Shown: piece after piece, positions 37,614 through 46,143 of the stretch
Numbering within the stretch: the stretch's first letter is position 1
How the letters are laid out: the number at the start of each line of letters is the position of its first letter
Assembly (NCBI GenBank): GCA_937976685.1
Contig: CALJWR010000240.1
Span: forward strand, 1 to 46,143
Source of the DNA: an uncultured Verrucomicrobiae bacterium
GTDB lineage: Bacteria > Verrucomicrobiota > Verrucomicrobiia > Limisphaerales > J093
Reading direction: 5' to 3'
Length of the DNA: 46,143 bases
Notes under the pieces: model-generated
The model's database searches: none
Told to the model about the DNA's origin: nothing
The model's input: only the letters and a program-made list of their open reading frames with translations
Made by a program: the position numbers and the translations under genes

Positions 37614-38404
37614 ACCGCCACGGGCGCCTTGATCGCGGGGTGGGAGACGTAGCCCACCAGTTCGAAGTCCTCGAATTCGTAGTCGTGGATCTCTTTGCAG
37701 GCGGGATTCAGCTTCATCGTCGGCAACGGGAACGGTTCCCGGCTGAGCTGCAACCGCGCCTGCTCGACGTGGTTCGCGTACAGGTGCAGATCGCCAAAGG
37801 TGTGGACGAAATCGCCCGGACGCAGACCGGTCACCTGCGCGATCATCAGCGTCAGCAGCGCATAACTGGCGATGTTGAACGGCACGCCCAGAAAGATGTC
37901 CGCGCTGCGCTGGTAAAGCTGGCAACTCAGTTCGCCCTCGCTGACGTAGAATTGGAACAAGGTGTGGCACGGCGGCAGCGCCATCGCCTCGAGTTCGCCG
38001 GGATTCCACGCGGTGACGATCAGCCGCCGACTGTCCGGGTTGCGGCAGATCTGATTGATGACTTCGTTGAGTTGGTGGATGGATCGTCCGTCGGCGGTCC
38101 GCCAGTCGCACCATTGCGCGCCGTAGATACGGCCCAAATCGCCATTCGCATCGGCCCATTCATCCCAGATGGTGACCCCCCGCTCCTGCAGCCAGCGGAC
38201 GTTGGTCTCGCCACGGATGAACCAGAGCAGCTCGTGAATGATGGACTTCAGGTGCAGGCGCTTGGTGGTAACCAGCGGAAATCCATCGGCCAGACGGTAT
38301 CGAGTCTGGGCGCCGAAAACCGAATAGGTGCCCGTCCCGGTGCGGTCGGCTTTGAACCGGCCGTGTTCGAGCACGTGGCGGAGAAGGTCGAGATACTGGC
38401 GCAT
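37610..38404 (-). CDS. thyA: Thymidylate synthase
   Basis: Motifs DRTGTGT, ELLWF, IWDEWA, SRRLIV, LPPCH and [18 protein letters not shown]. Confidence 0.99.
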   Translation of the reverse strand: MRQYLDLLRHVLEHGRFKADRTGTGTYSVFGAQTRYRLADGFPLVTTKRLHLKSIIHELLWFIRGETNVRWLQERGVTIWDEWADANGDLGRIYGAQWCDWRTADGRSIHQLNEVINQICRNPDSRRLIVTAWNPGELEAMALPPCHTLFQFYVSEGELSCQLYQRSADIFLGVPFNIASYALLTLMIAQVTGLRPGDFVHTFGDLHLYANHVEQARLQLSREPFPLPTMKLNPACKEIHDYEFEDFELVGYVSHPAIKAPVAV

Positions 38405-38544
38405 CAGGTTGGCTCGCGTTGCGGCGTCCGTTTTGGGGGAAACCACCTTTGATGCAAGCGCAGATTCGCGCCGGGCCGGCTTTTTGGCCGGCCTTGCGTC
38501 CAGCCAGTCGGGCCAAGGGCGGCTCTGAAGTCCCCGACCGATGT

Positions 38545-40110
38545 TTAGGGCTTCGGTTGCGTCAGCAGCGGCCAGTCATCTGTGCGGAAGGGGGACACCG
38601 GCAACCCGTCGGCGCTGAAGAGATTGACGATTGGGTAGTCGGCCCACCCAAAGCGCACGGCCACCGGCTCCGGGATGTCCGGATGGCTGACGACCACCTC
38701 GTTGCCGATCAGCCTGGCCTCGGCGCGAACGAATTTTTGGTCCGGGCCGGCGATGACGAATCCCACCAGCCGGTCGCCGCGCACCACGAGCTCGCGCCCG
38801 ACGTTGGCGAAGCGGAGGACGGCCTTGCCATTCTTGAAGGTCGCCGAGTCGAACTCGGGACTCAAACCGTGAATCCGCTGGTGGTAAGCGATGACGCGTG
38901 CCGCCAGCGCCAACCGCTCGCCAACCGGACGCTTCTGCGGCGGGTGGATGTCATCCTTGTGGCCGACATCCGTGATCACCGCGTGCCCCACCCCCTTGAG
39001 CTTCTTGGCGACGATTCCTTGCGCCTCGCGCAATTCCGCCCAATCACTGGCCACCGGATCACTGAGGATCTGGGCGACGTTGCGGTTCTTGTTGCGGTCC
39101 CATGGCGCCAACTGCACGCCGAGGAAATAGAAGTCCGGCTGGTTCCAGTCACGACGCCAGTTTTCGATCAGGTCCGCGTACAGCCGGCGGTATTGCCAGG
39201 CCCGGCCGGCGTTGGACTCGCCCTGGTACCAGATCACGCCCTTCACCGCGAACGGCACCAAGGGTGCAATCATGCCGTTGTACAACTCCGAAGGCCGCCA
39301 CGGCTCCCGCGGCCGGCCCTTCTCGAAACGCTTCCCGGCAACCTCGGCGTCCGCCTTTTCCCTCTCCCACTGGGCGAGCGCCTCCTGATAGCGCGCCAGA
39401 GAGCCGGCATACGTGTCCACGATTTGCCGCCGATACTCATCATCGCCCCGTAACACATCCTCACTCATCCAGACCTCCGCCGGCGAACCGCCCCACGAAG
39501 TGTGAATCATCCCCACCGGCACCTTGAGCGCCGTCTGAAGTGCCCGCCCAAAATAGAATCCAACCGCCGAGAAACTCGGCACCGTGGCCGGGGAACACAA
39601 CTGCCACGAAGCCTTCACGTCAGCCACCGGCTCGCGCGCCTTGAGCTTGGGCACCGTGAACAACCGCAGATTCGGGTTTCCCGCGCTCGCAATGTCCGCC
39701 TCGGATGCCGCGGAGGCACTCAGGGGCCATTCCATGTTCGACTGGCCACTGCACAGCCACACCTCACCGACCAGGACATCCTTCACCTCAACGCGATTGC
39801 GGCCGGTCACCGTCAGGACAAACGGCCCACCCGCCGATGCCGATTTCAGCGTCGCATCCCACCGGCCACCGACACCCGGCGCCGCCACGACTCTTTGCCC
39901 GCGGAACTCGACCGTGACGCCTTCGCCTTCGTCCGCCCAACCCCAGACCTTGATCGGAATACCGCGCTGCAAAACCATGTGATCGCTGAACAGGGCCGGA
40001 AGGCGGACGTCCGCAAGGCCGCGAGGCGCGACCGCGGCCAACACCACACCGGCGAATCCCGCCACCAAGGCGGGTTGGAAACCGGGGAAAAAACGAGAAC
40101 GTGCTTGCAT
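38545..40110 (-). CDS. Sialate O-acetylesterase (SASA) family, secreted
   Basis: Motifs [35 protein letters not shown] and DIHP; signal peptide. Confidence 0.93.
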   Translation of the reverse strand: MQARSRFFPGFQPALVAGFAGVVLAAVAPRGLADVRLPALFSDHMVLQRGIPIKVWGWADEGEGVTVEFRGQRVVAAPGVGGRWDATLKSASAGGPFVLTVTGRNRVEVKDVLVGEVWLCSGQSNMEWPLSASAASEADIASAGNPNLRLFTVPKLKAREPVADVKASWQLCSPATVPSFSAVGFYFGRALQTALKVPVGMIHTSWGGSPAEVWMSEDVLRGDDEYRRQIVDTYAGSLARYQEALAQWEREKADAEVAGKRFEKGRPREPWRPSELYNGMIAPLVPFAVKGVIWYQGESNAGRAWQYRRLYADLIENWRRDWNQPDFYFLGVQLAPWDRNKNRNVAQILSDPVASDWAELREAQGIVAKKLKGVGHAVITDVGHKDDIHPPQKRPVGERLALAARVIAYHQRIHGLSPEFDSATFKNGKAVLRFANVGRELVVRGDRLVGFVIAGPDQKFVRAEARLIGNEVVVSHPDIPEPVAVRFGWADYPIVNLFSADGLPVSPFRTDDWPLLTQPKP

Positions 40111-40280
40111 GGCCCGACTCCAACGGAAGTACGCGGTGCCGTCAACACCGGGTCTGGCCTTCCCCGGCGGCGGGATCAGGGTCGCCGTCCGCGAGGCGAT
40201 ATTGCTTTGCGGCCCACAGGGTCTGTGCTAGTAGAACGGCCCGTTTGTTCGAAACAGCGGGGAATAATCGCGACACTCTT

Positions 40281-40430
40281 ATGTCACAGCATCGTAGTTT
40301 GCGGGCCGCCAGCACGCTCGGAGCCAAGCGCAACGTCTTGAAGCGTTTCGAGCGCGTCGAGATTTTGAAGAAACGCGGCGAATGGAAGGACGGCGACCGG
40401 GTTACCGGTTTGCGCAAGACCAAGGCGTGA
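40281..40430 (+). CDS. PVC-superphylum signature small basic protein
   Basis: 49-aa Lys/Arg-rich MSQHRSLR...KRNVLKRFERVEILKKRGEWKDGDRVTGLRKTK, matching the RNVL.R.ER...G.W.....GL.K pattern of that family; ATG 40281. Confidence 0.88.
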   Translation: MSQHRSLRAASTLGAKRNVLKRFERVEILKKRGEWKDGDRVTGLRKTKA

Positions 40431-40554
40431 TCGGCCACTTGGCGCCACGCGGCGAACCGTCGCGCACCGGTCCGCCCTCCCGCTCCCGACTCCATTGGCG
40501 ACCGCCTTCCGGTTCGCCCCCCCCCGCACTTGGCTTTCCACCGCGCCCTGAACC

Positions 40555-41286
40555 GTGAGTTCAGACGCCGGCATACGCCTGCAGAAGTTCCTCGCCGAGG
40601 CGGGTGTGGCCTCCCGGCGCGCGGCGGAGAAGTTGATCCGCGCCGGGGACGTGACCGTCAACGGCGAGGTGGTCAAGGAGTTGGGCAGTCGCGTGGACCC
40701 GGTGCATGACGTCGTTCGTGTGAACGGCGCGCCCGTCCGGCCGAAACGCAAGCTGATCGTCGCGCTCAACAAACCGGTCGGCGTGATCTGTACGCGCCGC
40801 GATGAGGCCAATCGGCCGATCGTCCTGGACCTGCTCCCGACCGAATGGCACGGCCTGTACCCTGTGGGCCGGCTTGACCGGGACAGCGAGGGATTGTTGC
40901 TGCTGACCAACGACGGCGAATTGTGCCTCCACCTCACGCACCCGCGTTTCCAGGTTCACAAGCACTACGCGGCCCGGGTGCGGGGCAAGGTGTTGGAGCC
41001 AGAGCTTGCCCGGCTTCAACGCGGCATCCGGCACGATGGCGAGACCCTGCGCGCGGTGGCATCCCGCCTGATCTCGGCCAACGCCTCGCACAGCGTGGTA
41101 GAGCTGGAGTTGACCGAAGGACGGAATCGCGAGGTCCGGCGGATGTTCGAAGCGCTGGGGTACGAGGTCGAATCGCTGCGCCGCACGCAGATCGGACCCA
41201 TCAAGCTGGGCGAACTCAAACCGGGCCGGTGGCGCGTGTTGACGCCCTCGGAAGTCGCGACCCTCCGCCGGCTGACGGCGGATTGA
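40555..41286 (+). CDS. rRNA pseudouridine synthase, RsuA/RluB family
   Basis: S4 domain RLQKFLAEAGVASRR; motifs LNKP, catalytic GRLDRDSEGLLLLTNDG and EGRNREVRRMF. Confidence 0.96.
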   Translation: MSSDAGIRLQKFLAEAGVASRRAAEKLIRAGDVTVNGEVVKELGSRVDPVHDVVRVNGAPVRPKRKLIVALNKPVGVICTRRDEANRPIVLDLLPTEWHGLYPVGRLDRDSEGLLLLTNDGELCLHLTHPRFQVHKHYAARVRGKVLEPELARLQRGIRHDGETLRAVASRLISANASHSVVELELTEGRNREVRRMFEALGYEVESLRRTQIGPIKLGELKPGRWRVLTPSEVATLRRLTAD

Positions 41287-41395
41287 GCAACCCGAACCGC
41301 GGGTCGCTGCTCCCGCGTCCAGCCAGCGCCCGCCGGTCTGACTGCCGGCGTCGAGCGGGAGCCACGCACCCGCATCGCCTGGTCCCGGAACGCAT

Positions 41396-43717
41396 TCACC
41401 GCGCCGGAAACGAATGGTAGCGACCAGGAATCCGTTCCCCCAGTTCGACGGCGGCGCCCCCGACCGGCTCGATGCACAGCCTCACCGGCCCAGCGTTGGT
41501 TCCCAACCCGAAATGCACAACGCCAGACCGCTGGGACCGATGCGAGTCTCCTGCCAAAACCGCGCGGGGCGTTGAACGACCGCCCGCCGCCAGTTGGACT
41601 CGCCCCCCAAGGACGGGCGGAACGCCGATCGCCGTCCGAAGTCGTAATCCAATCCACTGGCCCGCGTCGGGTAGCCGGTTCTGCCAGACCTGCAGGGTCT
41701 GCTGCTTGCGAGGCCAGGCCTCAAAGGTGGTGAAGATCAGGTCCACCCGGCCGTCGCCATCGAAGTCGTCGGCCACCAGATTCCGCGAATCGGTTTCCAC
41801 CGCGACGCCCAACAGGTGGGCCACCTCCACGAAGCTCTGGCCGGCCAGGTTGAGGTAAAGCCGGTTCTTTTCGTAGCCGCCATAGGACATGCCGTGGCCC
41901 CGGGTGCGGCCCAGTTTGGAAGTGAAGTAGGCCAGCACGACGGGGTTCTCCTTCGAGTCGCCCACGTACATGTCATGCCGCCAGAACTCGGCGTCGTAGT
42001 CGCGGGTTTGATGCCGGGTTTCGTGGCCATTGGTGATGTACACGTCCAGGAAACCGTCGTTGTCGAAATCCGCCGCGGCGCAGCCCCACGACCAGCCGGA
42101 ATGCGCGATGGAGGATTGGGCCGGAGCGTCGCTGAATCGGCCGCTGCCCAGCCCGCGCCAAAGCCGGTTGCCCCGCACCATGGCCCCCCGCATCGCGGCG
42201 TAATCGGGGCGTTCGGGACGCGACAGCCCCAATGCGTCCAACCGCAGCGCGGTCGGGCAGTGCATCCCGGTCACCAGCAAATCGAGGCGGCCATCCGAAT
42301 CGAAATCGGCCAGGGCGTGGGACATGCCGAATACCTTCGGATCCGCCAGCCAGCGCGAGGTCACTTCTTCAAATCGGCCACGCCCGTTGTTGGCGTAAAG
42401 GTCCACGCCGGCGAAATCGTTCACGACGACCAGGTCGGCGTCGCCGTCCTCATCGAGGTCCGTCAATGATGCGCTGTAAGTGCGCCGCCAGCGCTTCGCT
42501 GCCAGCCCGGCCGCCTCGGTGGCATCCGTGAACCGGCCGCGGCCGTCATTCAAAAGCAGGTATGCGGGATGCCCGTCGTTGGCGTCATAGTAGGGCGTCG
42601 GCATTTGACCCCCGTCATAAGGGTTCTTGTATTGCCCGAGCCACACGTCGAGGTCGCCGTCGCCATCCACGTCCGCTGCCGTAATGACCTGGCCGTAACG
42701 CAGCCGCGCCGGGGCCGGCCACACGAATTCCGGCGCGCTCGAAAAGCCGCCGGTGCCATCACCGCGAAACAGGAACAAACCCTCAAAGCGGGCGCCCAGA
42801 AAATCATCCCGTCCATCGCCATCGAAATCGGCGATGGCGCCCGTGAAAATGAGGCCTGGTCCATCCGCGCAGAAGCGCGAGCGCACGAACTGCCCCCCGC
42901 GCCAGTGGAAGACGGCGTTGGCCGACGCGAGAATGATCTCGTTGGTGCCATCGCCATCGAGGTCGTGGACGATCAGCGGATCAATGAAATGGGATTTCGG
43001 CGGCGGCGCGACGACTTCATACAAAACCCGGCTGAACGCCGGCGGCCCATCGCGGGTCATGAGTTGCAGCCGGCGGGCGTCCACTCGGCGGACGCGCGGC
43101 AAGCCGTCCTCGTCCTGCTCCTCGCTCCACTCCACGTGAAGGTCGCCGGTCAGGCTGGCGCGCTGGATCAGCCGTTCGTTCACGAGATGGGCGGAGAACC
43201 AAAACCGGCTGCGACCGGGCCGGCCTTCGGCCGCGGGCTCGAAGCGGTTGTGGCGGAACTCACATTGCGCCATCTCCCAGCCTTCGCCGGCGAGTGCGGC
43301 GAGCCGTTCGCGCCAGTCCGATGCCGGAGGCGCCGGGAACTCCGGGGCCATCGGATCGAACATCTGAATGCCGTGCGGGAGTCGTTTCGGCGAGAGGAAG
43401 TCCGGCAACCACACCTCGCCCACCGCGAAAGCCACAGCCACCCCGAGGGGATCGGAACTCGCGTTTAGCGAGTCCCAGAGGCGCTCGAACACAGCCCCCG
43501 CCCGCTCAGCCATCATTTCGGGCGCCCAATAAGTCTCGGCCGCCTGCCGCTCGCGCGCCTCGAGCGCCGTCAGTTCGGTGGCCAGTTGGCGCAGTTGCTC
43601 GGGTGTCGGAACCGCCCCTCGGCCGTCGTCCGACGGGTGTTGCCGCCAGCGGGCAACCGCGATCAACCCGGCCAGCAGCACAAGCAGCAGAATCAGCCGA
43701 CAAGGGAAAGCGCGCAT
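41396..43717 (-). CDS. CRTAC1-like FG-GAP/ASPIC-UnbV protein with long N-terminal extension
   Basis: Multiple DxDGDG motifs, GWSWG..AADFDNDG.LD.Y..NG, and C-terminal SHRSQ...VHFGLG; N-terminal hydrophobic anchor. Confidence 0.87.
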   Translation of the reverse strand: MRAFPCRLILLLVLLAGLIAVARWRQHPSDDGRGAVPTPEQLRQLATELTALEARERQAAETYWAPEMMAERAGAVFERLWDSLNASSDPLGVAVAFAVGEVWLPDFLSPKRLPHGIQMFDPMAPEFPAPPASDWRERLAALAGEGWEMAQCEFRHNRFEPAAEGRPGRSRFWFSAHLVNERLIQRASLTGDLHVEWSEEQDEDGLPRVRRVDARRLQLMTRDGPPAFSRVLYEVVAPPPKSHFIDPLIVHDLDGDGTNEIILASANAVFHWRGGQFVRSRFCADGPGLIFTGAIADFDGDGRDDFLGARFEGLFLFRGDGTGGFSSAPEFVWPAPARLRYGQVITAADVDGDGDLDVWLGQYKNPYDGGQMPTPYYDANDGHPAYLLLNDGRGRFTDATEAAGLAAKRWRRTYSASLTDLDEDGDADLVVVNDFAGVDLYANNGRGRFEEVTSRWLADPKVFGMSHALADFDSDGRLDLLVTGMHCPTALRLDALGLSRPERPDYAAMRGAMVRGNRLWRGLGSGRFSDAPAQSSIAHSGWSWGCAAADFDNDGFLDVYITNGHETRHQTRDYDAEFWRHDMYVGDSKENPVVLAYFTSKLGRTRGHGMSYGGYEKNRLYLNLAGQSFVEVAHLLGVAVETDSRNLVADDFDGDGRVDLIFTTFEAWPRKQQTLQVWQNRLPDAGQWIGLRLRTAIGVPPVLGGRVQLAAGGRSTPRAVLAGDSHRSQRSGVVHFGLGTNAGPVRLCIEPVGGAAVELGERIPGRYHSFPAR

Positions 43718-43744
43718 GATCGGCCCTGCGGAGGCGGCCGGCGG

Positions 43745-45208
43745 TCATTGCTCCCGCGCGCGGAAGAAACGGTTGCCGCCCCCGCCGGTTACGTCGGCCA
43801 CCACGAAACCGCCCGGCACTGCGGTGTTCGTTGTGACAGGCTGCCAGGCGCCGAGGTCTTCCGACGCCTGCAATACGTACCGCCGGCCCACGATGCCGTG
43901 GAGCCGGACTTGGAGCGCCTCCGGCGAAAGGCGCTCGATCCGTACCTGGGGCAGATCGCTGTTGGACAGCAGGAAATTGTCTGACACGTAATTCCCGATT
44001 TTCTCGCCGCAGCGCTTGCCCTCCCGGTTGGCAAACTGAAAGTGGATGCCGCCATAGATGCGGCTCATGCCCACTTCGTCCGCGCCGGCGGCCAGACTGT
44101 CGAACCGCCGTACCACGCCCGGCAGCGAGTCCGAAAACGTGTCAAAGGTAATCGCGTCCGTGCCAAAGAAGCGGGTGATCACCTGCGCCGCAGCCTTGCT
44201 GAAAGTGCTGTGACCGCTGGTGTACTCGGGAAACGGCGGCGAGACGAGGTAGTGGTCCCAGTTGGGATCGGCCTCCGTGGCCGGATTGCCATCCTCAGCC
44301 GCGCGCTGAATAGCGGTCACCGGGCGCCACAGGTTGTAGCGATACTTGGCCTCCCAGCAAACGATGCCGCCGTCGGCCTGGGCGAGACTGACCAGCGCCA
44401 TCAGCCGGGCGCTGTCGGCCAGGGTCAGCCGCCGGTCGCGGGCAATATTGGCGGCGATTTCGTTCCAGTGGCCGGGCGGCATGGCCGTGTAGCTGAAGTC
44501 CGACCAGAAGACCGCGATCTGCGATTGCTCCGCCGAGCGGACCGCACTGTTCCACGCACCCAGCCTCTTCACCTCGTCGAAGTCCCGCGCATACTCCTCA
44601 CTGTCGAGCGGCGGCGGCGGCGGTGGCACAAACGGTTCGAGTTCGGGCAGGGTGAACAGCCTGACGTAACGCCAGTGCGGATCGAGCGGTGGCCGAAAAA
44701 ACGGCGGTGTTCGCCGCCAGGCTCCGGGCGCACTGCTGGGGATGTAAGGCACCTGGGTGTTGGCCCCGTCGTTGGCTCGCGCGAACAGCATGGCGTCGGC
44801 CACTGCCGTTCCCCAGGCCAGTCCGTTGGTGGTGGCCTCGGTGTTCGGCAACGCGGCGCGCTGCCAACGGAACAGCTCCTCCACCGCCGCGCGGAACGAG
44901 GGATACAAGGTGACGCAGATTCGATAACCTGCGGCGCTGGCAGCCGCCTCCGGCAAGGTTTCCGGCGGGGCGGGCGCGGTCACCTGATACGGCTGGTGGG
45001 TTCGGAGAATGCCGTTCACCGCGTCGTAAATCGCGCCGTGCAGCATGGCGAGGTTCCGGGAAGAAAGCGTGGGCGCCGAATCGTCGCCGCGGATGCAGCG
45101 CATCATCATGCCGTCCCAATCGAGGCATGGATTTCCTCGCGCCGCCGACACCACCCACGCCGCCAGTACGACCGCCAGCGCACGACAACACCTCGAAAGC
45201 CCGATCAT
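43745..45208 (-). CDS. Vanadium-dependent haloperoxidase-like / PAP2 superfamily secreted protein
   Basis: Vanadate/phosphate motifs K(YRYNLW)RP, PEYTSGHS and SRIYGGIH; signal peptide; C-terminal YVLQASEDL..W...RFFRA domain. Confidence 0.85.
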   Translation of the reverse strand: MIGLSRCCRALAVVLAAWVVSAARGNPCLDWDGMMMRCIRGDDSAPTLSSRNLAMLHGAIYDAVNGILRTHQPYQVTAPAPPETLPEAAASAAGYRICVTLYPSFRAAVEELFRWQRAALPNTEATTNGLAWGTAVADAMLFARANDGANTQVPYIPSSAPGAWRRTPPFFRPPLDPHWRYVRLFTLPELEPFVPPPPPPLDSEEYARDFDEVKRLGAWNSAVRSAEQSQIAVFWSDFSYTAMPPGHWNEIAANIARDRRLTLADSARLMALVSLAQADGGIVCWEAKYRYNLWRPVTAIQRAAEDGNPATEADPNWDHYLVSPPFPEYTSGHSTFSKAAAQVITRFFGTDAITFDTFSDSLPGVVRRFDSLAAGADEVGMSRIYGGIHFQFANREGKRCGEKIGNYVSDNFLLSNSDLPQVRIERLSPEALQVRLHGIVGRRYVLQASEDLGAWQPVTTNTAVPGGFVVADVTGGGGNRFFRAREQ

Positions 45209-45337
45209 AGGTACAGATTATGAGCCAGCCACCAGCGGGGCAATGGCAAAGCTCGCTCGCGGGCTCTCGCGAGACAGGCGTTTGAGAGGAAGCCTCCCGA
45301 ACCCACGGCAGCCCGTGGGAAACTTACCGAGTGGCTT

Positions 45338-46143
45338 TCAGCACCCGCCGCTCCCGAATTCCTCGGCGTGGTAGGAACTGCGAACCAGCGGACCGGAAGC
45401 GACATGGACGAAGCCCATCCCCCGTGCGGTGGCGCCCAGCTCCTCGAAACGCGCCGGCGGCACAAACTCCACCACCGGTAAATGACTTAGGGTAGGTTGA
45501 AGATACTGACCCAGCGTCAGAATCTGGCAGCCGACCGACCGCAAATCGCGCATCGCCTCGATGACTTCGCCGGGGTGTTCGCCGAGACCGAGCATCAGAC
45601 CGGACTTGGTGAAGATCTCCGGGGCGCGCTCCTTCACCTTGCGCAGCACAGACAAGGAGCGGTCATAGGTGGCCCGATGTCGCACCGAGGGGGCCAGACG
45701 ACGCACGGTCTCGAGGTTGTGGTTGAAGACCTGGGGCCGGGCGGCAATGACCTCCGCCAACGCCTCATCCCGATCGTTGAAGTCGGGCGTCAGCACTTCG
45801 ATGACGATGGACGGGTTGAGTCCTCGGACCGCCTCGATGGTCGCTCGAAAATGCGCGGCGCCGCCGTCGGGGAGATCGTCGCGGGCGACGGCCGTGATGA
45901 CAACGTGCTTGAGTCTCATCCGGCGGGCTGCTTCGGCCACGCGGCGCGGCTCGTCCGCCTCGAGTGGCAGCGGCTTGGCAGTATCCACGGCGCAAAATCC
46001 GCAGGCGCGCGTGCAGCGGTCGCCGGCGATCATGAACGTCGCCGTGCCCCGGCTCCAGCACTCCCAATGATTCGGACACTTCGCGCTCTCGCAGACGGTG
46101 TGGAGCCGCAGTTCTTCCAGCAGTCCCCGGGTGACCGCGAAGC
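45338..46143 (-). CDS. lipA: Lipoyl synthase (5' end outside window)
   Basis: The frame continues upstream of the listed ORF: LHTVCESAKCPNHWECW...CTRACGFC (CX4CX5C plus radical-SAM CX3CX2C); C-terminal RSSYHA. Confidence 0.97.
   Translation of the reverse strand, partial: FAVTRGLLEELRLHTVCESAKCPNHWECWSRGTATFMIAGDRCTRACGFCAVDTAKPLPLEADEPRRVAEAARRMRLKHVVITAVARDDLPDGGAAHFRATIEAVRGLNPSIVIEVLTPDFNDRDEALAEVIAARPQVFNHNLETVRRLAPSVRHRATYDRSLSVLRKVKERAPEIFTKSGLMLGLGEHPGEVIEAMRDLRSVGCQILTLGQYLQPTLSHLPVVEFVPPARFEELGATARGMGFVHVASGPLVRSSYHAEEFGSGGC

Noticed and set aside
36348-38159. 603-aa ORF suggesting a long N-terminal fusion overlapping thyA
   Set aside because: The upstream 182 codons are an alternate frame of thyA. 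Homology starts near LWPLDP, and a GTG at 37613 overlaps the thyA stop.
38474-38493. GGCCGGC-TTTTTG-GCCGGCC hairpin as an intrinsic terminator
   Set aside because: The T-run lies in the loop and no U-tract follows the stem on either strand, so a terminator call is unsupported.

Overview
High-GC bacterial chromosomal segment, almost certainly Verrucomicrobiota. It carries the PVC-superphylum signature small basic protein, a PV-type microcompartment locus, CRTAC1/ASPIC-UnbV proteins and a Verrucomicrobia-style C-terminal domain. From left to right it contains: tsf (truncated)-rpsB, mdh, and a 1063-aa degenerate ECF-sigma/membrane/low-complexity fusion. Next is a DeoR regulator divergent from a 13-gene Planctomycete/Verrucomicrobia microcompartment (PVM) operon (pduL, 3 BMC-H, ackA, 3 BMC-P, acylating aldehyde dehydrogenase, class II aldolase, LDH). 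That operon also carries two non-canonical genes: a beta-carbonic anhydrase and a TIM-barrel protein resembling 3-oxo-isoapionate decarboxylase OiaC. The rest of the window holds two cyclophilins, an isolated hypD-hypE pair, a minus-strand run of exported proteins (membrane pentaheme-TPR protein, CRTAC1 protein, Tat-signal DegT aminotransferase, ceramidase-like hydrolase, DUF1080-like lipoprotein), hemH with a [2Fe-2S] Cys motif, a URO-D family protein, a translationally coupled thyA-PLP lyase-amidase-folA operon, a sialate O-acetylesterase, a pseudouridine synthase, a second CRTAC1 protein next to a vanadium haloperoxidase-like gene, and lipA (truncated). No rRNA, tRNA, CRISPR array or mobile element was recognised. 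The best candidate for an undescribed system is the PVM variant that appears to add CO2 release and CO2 handling. All family calls come from motif recognition by eye; no database search was run.
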